DNA of 64,000 bases from Eledone cirrhosa (Eukaryota). The notes below the pieces were generated by a model. The model did not search any database and had not been told where the DNA came from. It saw nothing but the letters and a program-made list of their open reading frames with translations. The stretch covers positions 287,866,001 to 287,930,000 of the forward strand of contig OZ024742.1 in the NCBI GenBank assembly GCA_964016885.1. Reading direction: 5' to 3'. Numbering within the stretch: the first letter of the stretch is position 1; each line of letters starts with the position of its first letter. The position numbers and the translations under genes are program-made. Below are positions 38,491 to 52,590 of this stretch, one piece after another.

Positions 38491-41400
38491 GCGATCTTTG
38501 ATTTTAGCATGCCACTTTCATTGGGAGAATATGATTGTATCCATTTTTTCTTGTCTTATTTTTAAATAACGTTCACGGGATAAAAATTTTAAACAAATGC
38601 TCGGTTTTTTGGCTAATGCTTGTCCACAGTAATCTGCAGTAAATCCATAAATAGGATATAATGGTCAAATTAAATCCATATAATAATTCGGCTCTATCAT
38701 ATTAAAGTCATAGCCTTTTTATTTCCTATAATATTAAGCAGTATGTCTGCCTTTGTATTTGGTATTTTAAAGAAACATATCTTTGTGTCTCTTTGATCTA
38801 CCTCGCCATTTGTCTCTAGTATATTTTCTGTGATAACATTTTGTTTCATTTATTTCCATTATAAATCTTCCATCTCTATCTGAATTGATTCCACCGATAA
38901 CAATTGGATTGCTCTGAACCCAATGACATATCACACCAAGCAACTGCTGTAATAACTACCTTTCCGTACTGAAATAGATTTACTGTATGAACGGAACGAC
39001 ATTGCTAAAGATCGGTATATGCTTTAGCTTTCAACACTTATTTTACAACTAGGCTCAATATTTCTACAACTGCTGGTTGTTAGACCCTTATAATTGTGTA
39101 GAAACGGATAAATTTCCGGGAGAATACATCATTATACGGTCAAATATTTCTTTTTACTCACTCCAAGCAAGGCAATAAAGCCACTAAAAAGCAAAATGTT
39201 ACTAAAAAGATAAAGAGGCGTGAGGAGAGATGACGATTGATATTTCTTTTGAATTTTTGCAAATTGTAATGGTCAGAAAAGCAAGAACCTGGATGAGAAT
39301 TCTATCGGCGAGTACTTGTAGTAAAGAGGCGAATTGGTAGATTTGTTAGAGCCGTCGGATTAAAATTAATCGCGATTTGTCCGTGTACTCAAATAACCCC
39401 CGAGGTCACTTTGACGTTTAATTCTTCGCCGTGGATGAGCGAAATTGTTAGAGTATCTCTTTCGACCCATTACGTTCTTAACTCGCCCGCGACGACATGA
39501 TGCCGAGCTTTATCGGGCTTTGTCATTTTCTTTGACAACACTAAGGTGCGTAGAGAGGTGAGGCGTGTTTGCATCGGCGACTGCTGGTCTTCCGGAAAAT
39601 ACTTTGCTCAGGATTGCAGAGGAACTTTCTAGTTGCAAACCTATGGCCAGCAATGACTGAAGTAAGCCAATATAGACGCAACCGAGAAAGAAACTGAAAG
39701 CTAAAACTCGTACAACATCCCAAGACAAAAAGGGATAGGTAAAATAACCTCACACAAGAACACTCTTTAACTCTAACAACACTTTAAAGTGTTTTCTATG
39801 ACAAACAAGCAGGCCACAGCACACCCTAATGATAACTATTCTGTAGCTGCTAAAGAAACCGTTAGGCACCAGCTATAATTGGAGAAAGTGACCCGTTATA
39901 CTCGTAATATATATATGATGTATATATTTGTCTCCCCTCATAACCACCACATGGCACACACCCATGACATATTCCTCCGTTTGTCCCCACCCATAGGATA
40001 ATGAGTTCTTAAACTGAATAACTGACCTCTCCAGTTTTAAGGCCACGAAGAATGCATCAATACTCCCAGTAAGGTTGTTGGCGATAGGAAGGACATCTTA
40101 GGGATACAACTTCTCTAGTGTTGGTGATCTACACGATAAACGCACATAATGCACTGTAAAGGGGTTGGTTATTGGAAGGCATCCAGCCGTAGAAAACCTG
40201 CTCCACAAGGAGTCGGAAAGGCTTTTCAGTTGTCAGACACAACCTTCCAAGTAGTCCATGGTGCCACGATAAAATGCACTTGGTAAAGCGCGGGAACGTT
40301 AACGGGCTTTAAAGGATGATGATGATATACTTACTAATGGAAAACGGATGTTAAATGATATAGCTATATGTTAATATTTGTGTAGGTGTCATTTAATAAT
40401 TTGAAGACTAGATAACTTCCTCCGCCCCTTCGGGTGTATATTTTTTATTCGCTGACATGGTGTCCAGTTTCCAGTTATTTTTATTCGTGAAAAAAAAACA
40501 AACAAACAAAAAAACCTACATTTTTATCTCATGGATTTGCTTTTCCATATAAAATGACATTGTACACATGACTGGTACATTGAGCACCGATCAGAAATTT
40601 GCTTTATTTTATACATGGTTATTATTTCCATCCTTTGTTTAAAATTATGATTGCTATAATAATAATTGTTTCTACTTGTGGCACAAGGCCAGTAATTATT
40701 CAGTGCATTACTGGTACTTTATTTTATCGACCCCGTAAGGATGAAAGGCAAAGTTTACCTCGGTGGGATTAGAACTCAGACGATAAAGGATTGTAACTCT
40801 ATGCTGCAAAGCATGGTGTCCAACTCTCTACCGATACTGCCAATCCACCATAATAATAATGTCTTCATATATTTATTTGTTTGTGAAAGATCAGTTAACA
40901 TAGCTATAGTCATCCAAAATATATAAGATGGTAACGGCTAAAACGACCAGAACCGACCCAGTGTTTAACACCGACAGCAGGAATACATATGTTGTTAATT
41001 AATTTGTACTGTCATCACCCTTCTACCATTGTATTTCTTTATTTAAATTTAATCTAATTATATCTCTTAACGAATGTAATTATATAATTTGTCTTCTGCC
41101 TCCGCCATGCTCTTCTCCTTATGTATGTGTGTGCGGGACTTGTATTGCACGCGCTCCTTCTAATTCTCATTGTCTATTCTAGCAGCTCTTTATAATCCCC
41201 ACTTACATTTTATATTGCTGTTTACTTCCTTTTTAACAGCCCTCTCCTCCAAGTGCGACAACTCTTGTTCCTCATTCTTCCAAGCCCTACCTTCCTCTCC
41301 ACATATTCGACCATTTAACTTCATACTGCTGTAGCACTGCTTCCAATGTAGAACAACGATATTATGTCTCTAATACTTAGATATCTCAATGATAGGATAT

Positions 41401-41808
41401 ATTAATAAATGAGAAGTAATTAATATATATGTATGCATATATAAATGGTGTCGCCCAAAAATGTACACATACTTCAACAGCATTATAATAAATATTGCCT
41501 GTACATGTAATCAAAGTGTGTATACACCTTTTTCAGGGCACCCTATTATATATACGTAAAACGAATGTTTGCGACTGTGATAATTTTCTTCTAGAAAATT
41601 CGATCATCTCACCTTCTAAATCATTGACCTCGATTGTGTTGATAAATCAATGTACGCTCACTTCTATTCACACACGTGTATATGTACATGATTGACATGT
41701 GACTTGGTCTGAAACCGTCTGTTGGAAATGAATCAATTACGTCAGGGAAAAAACATCAGTCATTTAAAATCCCCGTATACCTTTATTTTTAGTGATTGTA
41801 TTTTATGC

Positions 41809-41911
41809 CAGTGGTTTCCAAAGTGAGTTCCGCAAATGAGTGTCTGGGGTTCAGTGAAAAAAGGTAGAGGAGTATATTTATATTACGTTTGAAAAATTTT
41901 GGGAAACCCTG
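41809..41911. mobile_element. 103-bp hAT/Charlie-like MITE
   Basis: TIRs CAGTGGTTTCC / GGAAACCCTG and a perfect 8-bp TSD TTTTATGC. Confidence 0.9.
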
Positions 41912-43648
41912 TTTTATGCCATAATGTAAAATTTCATCGTACATTTACTTTATCATTAACTCGTTGTTTTTAACACTATTGTATTTAATTATTTCACAAA
42001 ATGAAATGAAAGTGAAATATGGTACATGAATCTCCCACGACGAAGGCGACCACAAGCGAAAATTTAAAATCATTGTCGACTACTTGCAAAAATAAATTCA
42101 ACATATGTATCAAGTGTTTTTTCATTTAATGTTCGTCTTTATATATGATACATAAAACACGTATATAATCCATTTATGATTGAAATAAGTTATATTCACA
42201 GGATTCATTCCATCGTGTGGAAATTATATTATTTAATACGCCAACCATAGCTGATATTGCTGCTAAGGGGAGATAACACGACCATGGCGAGTCATCGAAA
42301 TTCTCGACCTTCTAGAAATGACAGTCAAATTGCACCTTAACTTCTTTAGAATGGAAGAACACACTGGATAGTATAATCTAGTAAAAGAAAACACGAAGAA
42401 AACAATCACTACCATCTCTGGGATAATAAATATGTGAAATTTTTTAAAAATAGAAAACGAAAATTGTGGTATAAATGCAACAAGAAAAAGCCAGTTCCAT
42501 TCAAAACAAATTCAAATGCTCTTTCATTTATCATTTTTATTTGTTTCTTAAGTTTGAAACTGCTTGTAGCTGTCTAAAGGTGTACATATTTGTGATCTGT
42601 GGAATCTAGAAAGCTAAAAATTTCTCAAATGAATTAGTATTTAGGTGATCATTTGCTTCTCAATGCTAATTAATTACTCCCCTTATTTTGTTTTCCTTTA
42701 AAAAAAAAAAAAGAAAAAAAAAGTGAAGCATGTCCCAAACCTCCAAGCTCATCTGGCTGGAGTTTATCTCGGTTTCCTTGATGTTAAGTGACCGTACAAA
42801 ACAGGATGGGACACCAATCTGCTGTAGATTTCTACCTAGTTACTGCTTCTTCAGCCGAGTGAACTGGAGCAATATGAAATGAAGTGTCTTGTTAAGGGAC
42901 ACAACATGCTGTGACGTCATGCCAAGCCCACTTTCATGCGAGTGTTATGTAAATTCTATTCATTAACTACAATATTTAAAAACAATTGTAAGTTGAAATG
43001 ATTGATAACACATCTACAATATTGAAATGAAATAAAACAACATTTACAGCTTACACCTATGCTACCTACCCTTCTAGGTTTCTGAAGTGTTTTTATGTTA
43101 AGGGGCCCCAGTCCTATCATGAAAATCAACATAAAATGAAGCATCTAACTCAAGAACACATGTCGCCCATTCAGGAATTGAATAAATGACCTTGTGATCA
43201 TGAGTGCAATACCCTAATCTCTAGGCCATGCACCTTTTGGGTGAAATTAAAGAAAGTCTTATTTTTACTACTATGGTGACCAACTGCAATTAAACAGTTG
43301 GAGAATTGACAGGAATGTAGTTCATATGAATCCAAAGGCCCAGTTCTTGGACAGAGTGAATCTTGCTTTTCAAAAAAGTGCTTTTAGCAATTGAGTTATT
43401 TTGTTCACCAATCATCTTCATAATAATTTAACCGTTAAATAATAAACCCCACTCCCCATCCTAATGGAGTTAACTCAATTGAATATAACTGCACAAATAT
43501 ACTTGCATTCTCTGTCTATGGTTTGTTTTTCAAATTTCATACTTTTCTCTATCTCTAAAAGATCTTGCTGTATTCCTTTTTTAAATTATATATCCACAGA
43601 CGTCTACAGGAATCAAAGCAAATCCATTTGCTGTAGTTCTGTGCCAAG

Positions 43649-43862
43649 ATGACTCAAGAAGAAACCGCAGTGGCTGGCATTGATGTCACACCTAAACAGG
43701 ATGGTGGTGTGATTAAAGAGATTTTACGGGCAGGTGACAGTGATGAACAGCCAACCAATGGTGATACTGTCATTGTACACTATGTTGGGACTCTACCAGA
43801 TGGAAGCGAGTTTGATTCCAGTCGGTCTCGTGGAGAAAAATTCACTTTTGCTCTTGGAGAAG
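43649..43862 (+). CDS. FKBP4: FKBP4/FKBP52-like PPIase, coding exon 1 (FK1 domain)
   Basis: MTQEE..DVTPKQDGGVIKEI..GDTVIVHYVGTLPDGSEFDSSRSRGEKFTFALG; donor G|GTAAAT, phase 1. Confidence 0.93.
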
Positions 43863-43927
43863 GTAAATATGAAGTTATCTCTAGCACATATACAGGCATG
43901 CATATTTTTTTGCATATGTGATTCATG

Positions 43928-43970
<43 letters not shown>

Positions 43971-43971
<1 letters not shown>

Positions 43972-46900
43972 CATCATCATCTTCGTTTAACGTCCATTTT
44001 CCACGCTAGCATGGGTTAGACGGCAGTTGTCCCACTTGAGGCAAAGCTGGTCGGGTGACCGTGTCTCGCTCATAGAGGACTATCTGGCAGGTTTTCTACG
44101 GCTGGATGCCCTTCTTAACACCAACCACATTTACAGTGTGGAACTGAGAACTTACCATGTTACCTACACGGCCACATTACAGCGTGGACTGTGTGTTTTT
44201 TGTCATGACACCTACACGATCTCGATCTCATTTTCTCGCGCTGTTGGTGGGAGTGGGAGGATAGGGTAGGGGTTGTGGATTGGGGTGTATATTTAGTTAA
44301 GAGGTGCCTACTGACTGTAGATTTCGCTTTGTACATAGGCAAGGCGGGTCTTCTGTATTACTGCGTAGCGCCAAAGATCTCGGTCCAGAGACATTGTCTT
44401 AGAAAGATGTGTGTGAGGTCGGAATTTATCAGATCATCCCAGGTTGTTCTGGGTCTACCTACTCCGTAACTACCATCAACTTTGATCGCCCTGCACTTTT
44501 TTTATGCAGCTGTCGTCTTTCATGCGCATCAGGTGACCATACCAACGTAGTCTTCTCTCAAGTAAACAGCATCTGATCCCTCTTATTCCTAATTTCTCAC
44601 TTAGTTAATTTATGCTTTGCCGTTCACGTATATTACTATTACACATCCAACAGAGCATGCATGCTTCGTTCCTTTCCAGTCTACACAGGTCCTCTGCACG
44701 TAATGCCCATGTCTCACTGCCACGTAGCATTGCTGTTCGTATACAGGCATCATACAATCTGCCTTTCATTTTTAGAGAGAAACCTTTTGTGGCCAACAGC
44801 GGTATAAGCTCTCTGAACTTTTTCCATCCCGTTCTGACTCTGGCTACTGTACTTTCAGAACACCCTCCACCACTGCTGATTTTGTCACCCAGGTAACAGA
44901 AAGTGTCTACTATTTCTATAGAACCATCTGGGCAATAGAAGGAGCTAGTATCCTTTGGACACTTGCTACTTATTGCACCTAAGCATTGGCCACATATAAA
45001 GTCTACGTTCTTAGATAATTTACCTGTGATCCCACTACATCTTTTATGTACCCATACTTTGCATTTGGGACATAAAATGGAATTTCTGCCTACTCCTTTC
45101 CTACACACTGAGCATGGCCATTTCCCTGAGGGCACCTGTGCCCTATTTTCCTTTCTACAAACTAGAACTTTAGTCTTAGACAAGTTAACTTTAAGGCCTT
45201 TTGATTCTAGGCCATGCTTCCATGTTTCGAATTTCTTCTCTAGTTCAGCCATTGATTCAGCTATGAGCGTTAGATCATCTGCGTATAGGAGTTCCCATGA
45301 GCAGCCGGTCTTGAACTCCTCTGTTATAGCCTGAAGGGCAATAATAAATAAGAGGGGGCTAAGGACAGAGCCTTAATGAACATGTCTTCTATAGCTCTCA
45401 CAAGCCATTCATCAACACCTTTTTTTTCTAAGAGCCCACCAGATAATGGAGCGGGGGACTCTGTCAAAGGCTTTCTCCAAGTCAACAAAAGCTAAGTAGA
45501 TGGGTTTACTTTTAGCTAGGTGCTTCTCCTGTAGTTGTCATACAAGGAAAAGAGCGTCTGTGGTACTTTTACCTGACACAAACCCAAACTGTATTTCATC
45601 TAGATCAATTCGCTCTCTGATTAGTTGCGTTATAACTCTTTCTGTGACCTTCATGACCTGGTCAACTAACTTAATGCCTCTATAGTTTCCTCTATCTAGA
45701 GCATCCCCTTTACCTTTGTAGCAGTTAATGATGATGCTGCTACGCCAGTCTTTCGGTATGACCCCATTCTGTATTACTTGGTTAACTATACGGGTGACCA
45801 TAGTGTGTCCCACCATACCAGATGCCTTCAACATCTCAGCAACTATCTCTGAAGGCCTAGCTGCCTTGCCTGTCTTCATATCTTTGATTGCCTTACTTAT
45901 TATACTACCTTTAACTTGCACTGCTGGTCCTTCTATTGGATCGCTTTGGGGCAGACTATCTTTTTCCCATTTATTCTCCTCATTTAATAGTCTCTCGTAG
46001 TGACACTTCCAGGCTATCTTCTTATCAGTATCAGTGAGCGCAAGTACACCATTATCATTACGGACACACGTCTCCCCGACAATATCACGGTTTTCCTTGA
46101 CACATTGTCTCACAATCCTGAACACCTCACGTTTTTGGTCCTCACGTTGTAGAACATGCTTGAACTTTCTATCCTCTGCTACCCTTTTTGCAAGGTAGTC
46201 TTAGCTTCTCTCCTGGCCACTTGATAGTGCTCTCTACTTCCTCCATCCTGCCATACTTTCCAAGCCTGCTTTTTGGTCTTGATTGTCTCTTCCACCTTAC
46301 TGTTCCACCACCAAGTTACTCTCCTCCTGCCAATAGGTCTGCTCCAGCCACAGATTTCATCCGTTGCTTTCAGCAGGTTCACTTTCAAGAATTGCCACTG
46401 TTCCTCTATATTGCACGTCTCTAATTGCTCTTCCTTATTGTCAAAGGCATCAAATAATAAGCTTTTAAATTTGTCACTGGCTATGGGGTCCTTCAACTTC
46501 CATATTCTTCTCCTCAAGGTAGGCCTCCTCTGTCGTCGAGTACGTCTATTCCTGACTATGAGGTCACTAACTACTAGTCTATGTTGGTAGGTGCATTCTT
46601 CACGGGGGAGGGATTTAGTGTTTACAATAGACATTTTGTCCCGTCTTCTAGTAAGGATATAATCTATCTGGTTGGCGTGTTCCCCTGATCTATAGGTGAT
46701 CAAGTGGTTTTCACGTTTTTTGAAGTTTGTGTTACAGATAGTTGGGCTATTTGCGTCACAGACTTCCAGGATTCTGAAGCCCTCCTCATTTCTATTTCCA
46801 ATCCCATAGCCTCCATGGATTCCATCATAGCCATCACTATGTTGTCCAACGTGACCGTTTAGATCGCCAGCAATAATTAAGTAGTCACTGTCGGTTATTT

Positions 46901-48034
46901 GGGAGGTAGTGTGCATTAGCATCTCATAGAACCTGTTCTTTATAACATCAGGTAGACCAGATTGGGGTGCATAAGCAGATATTATTGTCACAGTAGTTCT
47001 ATTTAGAACTAGTCTTAATTCAGTTATTCTGTCATTCATTCTATTTATGTCAATTACCTTATCTACCCATTTTTCAGCTAACATAATTCCTACACCACCC
47101 TGTCCGTTGTCATTTCCCACCCAGAAAAGTTTATAGCATCGCTTTTTACCCACAATGAATCTGGCAGACCCCCCCCCCCTCTCCACCTAGTCTCTTGAAT
47201 ACAACAAACATCAACTTCTTTACATTCAAGCATCTCTACAACCTCATTTAAGCGACCTTTCAATGTGCTTACGTTCATGGTACCAACTCTGAAGTTGGGA
47301 GGGTGGGATGGATGGGTTGGAGGAGTGTGGGAGACGGGATTTTGTTGGTCATCTGTGTCTGAAATAAAGAGGGGTCCTTGTATTCTCGTCTTGCAGTGGG
47401 AGGTGAATTTATCTTTATCTGTGACATTGTCATTGAGTGCTTAGACTTTTCAAATTTCCGCAGTCAACCCATCAAACAGGTCTAAACTTAAGGAGTAGTA
47501 ACCGGGGTGGTAGCTTTGCTATACTGATTTGTTAGAGAACTTACTAAAGCTGGTGAGTTATGATTGGACCATATAGCAATGGTGGTGGGCGTGGGAAGGA
47601 GCAAAGTGTTTACAAAGTTTGCGAGCGAGATGCAGGAAGGTTCTAGAATAATTATTTAATAACAATACTAGAAGGTTAGTTTTTAGGAAGGGTCCAACGA
47701 AGAGACATATTAAAAATATATAAAATATTAATTGAAAATCCGAGAGGAAAACGGAGAATTTGCCTTCTAGACACCTATAAAAAGTGGAGTTTAAAACCCA
47801 GACGAATTTATGGGTGACTTTAGGATAAGTTTAGTTTTTAGGAAGGGTCCAACAGATTGAGACATATTAAAAATATGTAAAATAATTTAAAATCAAAGAG
47901 GAAAACGGAGAATTTTAATTTTAGAGTGGTATAAATAAGAGTTTAAAACTGCTTAATTGAGGAGACTACGGAATAAAGAAAAGACAGTTATTGCTTACAT
48001 TCTCAAAATCGTCAGATCGCCCGTAAGATAGTTT
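43971..48034 (-). mobile_element. Near full-length inactive RTE LINE (APE, RT, PHD finger) in an FKBP4 intron
   Basis: APE motifs GTMNVSTL, CCIQETRW, AGDLNGHVG and NQIDYIL; RT motifs GNYRGIKL, QFGF and YADDL; (GAT)n tail. Has frameshifts and a deletion near 45380, and is flanked by (TA)n. Confidence 0.95.
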
Positions 48035-48256
48035 GATATATATATATATATGGACAGATTTAGAAAGGTGGGAAGTATTAATCGTGTGAAGTATTGGTAA
48101 TAGGCTTTCCTTGGAAATTAATGTTATGCAGCGGCGTATCAATTCATCTTGAGATTTGTCTCATCCATTTAACAAACACTCCAGGAAGTGAAGGTTTAAA
48201 TACCAAATCTATGAACTATTAGGCTCCGTGAAAGGATCACATGCATCTTTTTTACA

Positions 48257-48310
<54 letters not shown>

Positions 48311-49689
48311 TTATCCAGGCAGATAAAATAGCTGCAGTCATATAGTCTTGTCCTCTTCAGTGTGTGTGTGTGTATACACAGACATACACACTGTGTGTCT
48401 ATACTGTTAATGTATTGTGTTGTCTCAATGCCATTTGATAAGTCCTGAGGTTGATTTGATGGTCTAAACCCCTTGGAGCTAGTGTTCCAGTATGGCTGCA
48501 GTTCAATAAGTGAAACCAGTAAAGGAATATATATATATATATATTTCTGTTAATCCATGATGGCATGGTTTGTATATGATATGGGCGAATTTATGGGTGT
48601 TGCCAGGGTTGTGAAGCTGCTCATTTTGCAACTATGTGGGTGTGGATTAGATCCTATTCTGTGGCACTTTGGTCAAGTTTATTGTATAACTTTAGATTAA
48701 CCATTACCTTGTGATAAAAACTGTGGAAGCCTCTTGTATGAATGTGTGTGTGCTTATATATTTATATCAGTGATGTGTGAAAACCAGTACAATCAACTGG
48801 AATGAATACCTAAAAGTATTGATGTCTGGTTGGATTATCTCCCCTTAAACGAATATCAATTTCAGACTTATTACCTGTACTTGTAATTCAAATAGCCAGC
48901 CTTGTCACACACTGTCACATTGAATCTCCCTGAGAACTACGTTAAAGATACATGTGTCTGGAATGCTCATTTCCACACAACTTTCACAAGCAGACTGTTC
49001 TGTTTGTTCAAGAACTGGAACACTCATCCTCAAAACCAACAGGTTCACTCAATTCCATTTCATTACAAATTTACTACTTAAGCCCTTTTTGAGTCTAGTG
49101 TTTTCTGGAGTGACATAAATGCCTGTTTACTTTCTAAACTTAAACGTGCTTGTTTAAATTTGGTGCAGGCATGGCTGTTTGGCTTGTGACAACACAACCA
49201 TGGGTTCAATCACATTGTGGGGCACTTTGGACAAGTATCTTCCATTGTAGCTGATGCCTAATAAAATATATTGTAACTGAAATTGCGTTGATAGAGACTA
49301 CAGAAATCTGATTTAAAATAGATCTCTTTGGGTGAGCTAACTTAATTCATTAAATTTGGAATGGTAGAAATCAGTAAAAACTAGTTGGAAAATACGCATT
49401 TTCCTCTTGACTGTAAATCATCACCATCATCATCACTGTTTAATATCCATTTTTCCATGATGTCATTTGAAACTAAAATGTATTGAATCAAAATATAGAA
49501 AGTAAGAAAAGAAAAAAAGACACTTGAAGCATTCTTGCCTTTTCCTTTATACACACTGATATTCTGTAATATATATACAGGGTACAGCAAAAGTAATGCT
49601 CTTTTTTCGTTTATTTTATTAAAAATAAATATTTCAGTTTGAAGGAAAATTTGTTTATGTCTAAAAGTCTTTCAGAAAAAGATTATTAC

Positions 49690-50120
49690 TTAACTCTTTT
49701 GATACCAACCTAACCCAAACTGGCTCTGGTTCTATGAAATAAAACCACCTTTAATTTTTCATGCATTTCTAATGAAATACACTCTATTTTAATTGATTAA
49801 TGAAGAATTTTGAGGGATTTACTAAAATATTAATTTTATGTAAGGATCTTATATAAAATTATGTTAGCAGATTTTAATTTAAATTGGAAATCCTTAAAAT
49901 GGGTGGTTTTATTTCATAGAACCAGAGCTAGATTTGGCTGGGTTGGTAACTAAAAGGTTAAATTAAAATCTTCCAATATAATTTTATATAAGAACCATTA
50001 TTATCACCACTGTTTGTTGATTTTCCAGTTTTGCATGGGTTATATTAAGTTAATAAATTCCTCATTAATTAATTGAAATAAAGTGTATTTCATTAGTAAT
50101 ATGGTCACAATAGGGTAAAA
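49690..50120. mobile_element. Two piggyBac-like MITEs, one nested antisense within the other; decayed relatives near 52620-52846, 60450-60611 and 60964-61205
   Basis: TTAA at 49690 and 49958; 49694-49750 is inverted at about 49902-49957, and 49770-49810 is inverted at about 50055-50095. Confidence 0.65.
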
Positions 50121-50616
50121 GATATGAATAATTAAAACAAAATAAAGCATACTGATTAACTAAGTGCTCTTTTTCAATGTAACTCATGAAGGTTGTGCCT
50201 ACACACAAACTTGCATACATGTACAGAAGTGTACACATTGGCTGATACCTTGCTACTTTTTTAATTGATCTGTATTCTGCCTCGTATACAAACTGTTATC
50301 CATCCAGTTTTTCTCTTTAGACTCTAAGTCATGCACAATCAGTGTTTATATAGAATCACACAGCTTAAGCAAACAGTCTTTTATATCTAACGAGGAAGTT
50401 TGGCTGCTCTGACCATGACAACTTGTGCGAGCCATGCCATGCCATGGAAAGGGGGGATGTAAAATGATGTGAAGATTAGTTCATGGGGGCTCCCACCACT
50501 AACTATTCTTATGACAAATATTCCACTGTATACTTCTGTGTAACCATTGAACTTTCATTTGTAGTTTATAAAGATGTATTTTTATTTTATCTATGTACTT
50601 TTTTCACTATTTAAAG

Positions 50617-50781
50617 AGAAAGTCATCAAGGCATGGGATCTTGGTGTAGCTACTATGAAGAAAGGTGAACTTGTTCGTTTGACATGCAAATCTGAATATG
50701 CTTATGGAAAGAGAGGCTTTCCTCCCAAAATCGAACCAGATGCTACCCTGATATTTGAGATAGAACTTTTTGATTGGAAAG
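50617..50781 (+). CDS. FKBP4: FKBP4 coding exon 2
   Basis: [45 protein letters not shown]; AG/GT boundaries, phase 1/1. Confidence 0.93.
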
Positions 50782-51288
50782 GTAAACTGAAAACTTTTTT
50801 TTTGAAATGACTTGAGAATGTGATGTTTAAAATAAAAAAAAAAAATTACATGCACTTTTGGGTCCAAATAATGGGGTGGGTTGAGGTGAGCATGGAATAA
50901 GCAGGGTGAGGGTGGAAAATCAGTAATTTATTTTACGTTGTCTCCATTGATTTAAAAAAACAAAAAAACAGAATTAGTTGTTTAGTTTACATATTGAGAT
51001 CCCAACCTATCTTATTTATTTTATAACATGGAATTTCGAGTAATGTACTTTTTTTGCTGTGTGTGTTTGTTAATGTATAAAGAAAATTTTCACAGCAGTG
51101 CCACTACTTAAAATAAAATTTTGCCAGGGATAGATTAACAAAATTTAATAAGTGGATGTGTGTGTGTGTGTGTGTGTGTGTGGAAAAATCTGAAAAATTA
51201 ATAAGCATGTGTGTGTGGAGGGTGACGATTATTTGACTCCTGAGAGTGCATATAAATTCATTGAGTTCATCTAAATTTGTTTTTACAG

Positions 51289-51384
51289 ATGATGTGTCAC
51301 CTAAGAAAGATGACAGCATTATAAGGCGATTGATATCAAAAGGAGAAGGGACTGATACACCAAATGAAGGTGCTACTGTAAATG
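51289..51384 (+). CDS. FKBP4: FKBP4 coding exon 3
   Basis: DDVSPKKDDSIIRRLISKGEGTDTPNEGATVN; TTTTACAG| and |GTGAGA, phase 1/1. Confidence 0.9.
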
Positions 51385-52342
51385 GTGAGATTTTAATATT
51401 TTTTTGTTCATATTTCAGATTAATTTTTTAGTTTTAATTAGTTGAACATTTTGCTTTTTATTGAAAAAAATTTTGTAGGGTATATTAAAGTGTTGTTTAA
51501 CTTCAGATCACCTTGATCAAGTAGACATAAAGACACTTCAGTCTTTTAGCGACACTATTTAGCAGACTTCAACTATGTTTTTTTTTTTTAATGTAATTAT
51601 GTTAATGTGAATAACTACATTTTAGCAAGGTTTTAAGACTAAGACAGCACTGCCTTTACTGATATATTATATACTAGTATTTGATGGAACAAAGATTTTA
51701 AGACTACAAATCTTTTCTGTGCTTCCGTAGATATCAGTTTATCTATAACGGCAGTTTCTTTTTTCTTTGTTGCCATGTCTTACCATAACACTTCAAAAAA
51801 TTCAACGTCACACTCAATGTTTGGTGTTAAAAAAGATACAATGTAAAATTTAATAAGTTGTTCCTCTCTCCATCTTGTGGATATGTAGAATTACCTGTTA
51901 AGTCTTTTTAATTGGTTCTGATTATCTTTGACATCTCCACATTTAAATTTTGTGTAGTTCTTTGCCTATGTGATAGAAATGAAAGCTTACTACTGTGTTT
52001 GTGAAGGCAGGTGCCTTAGTGGTTATGGTGTTTGACTCATTATAGCAAGGTCTTAAGTTCAGTTTCCAGTAGTGTGTTGTATTCTTTGAACAATACTTTT
52101 TATTTTATGATGCTTCGGTACACTTTGTAAAGTGGTTGGTGATCCAGCTCTTGAGCTGTGTCAAAGACATGCCAACCTCTCTAATGATGGTGCCTCAGTT
52201 GAGTGTGGGAATGTGAGATGGAAGCCTCCAACCCATCTGCAAAGTCAGTATCCCTGACTCTGGTGCCCCATATAACTTTTGCTAGCAGAGAAAACACACA
52301 TTAAATGATAATGATGATTTAAATTTATCTTAACCTTTTCAG

Positions 52343-52590
52343 TTCATTATATTGGGTACCATCAAGATAAAATATTTGAAGAACGTGATGTGACATTTGT
52401 CATTGGAGAAGGCAGTGCTGAAGATGTTATTGAAGGTTTAGATATAGCTGTGAAACATTTCAAAAATAACGAACATTCCAATGTTGAAGTTGATGCGGCA
52501 TATGCATATGGTGCAGAGGGAAATGCTAAATTCAATATTCCACCTAATGCACGTCTTAAATATGATGTCACATTGAAATCATTTGAAAAG
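52343..52590 (+). CDS. FKBP4: FKBP4 coding exon 4 (FK2 domain)
   Basis: VHYIGYHQDKIFEERDVTFVIGEG..IPPNARLKYDVTLKSFEK; phase 1/0. Confidence 0.93.

Noticed and set aside
39500-39760. GC-richer segment with two short minus-strand ORFs
   Set aside because: No recognisable domain or splice signals; probably a decayed repeat.
47636-47648. Perfect HSE in the RTE 5'UTR suggesting a heat-inducible LINE
   Set aside because: A rough composition estimate gives about one 3-unit HSE by chance in a window this size; it needs conservation across copies.
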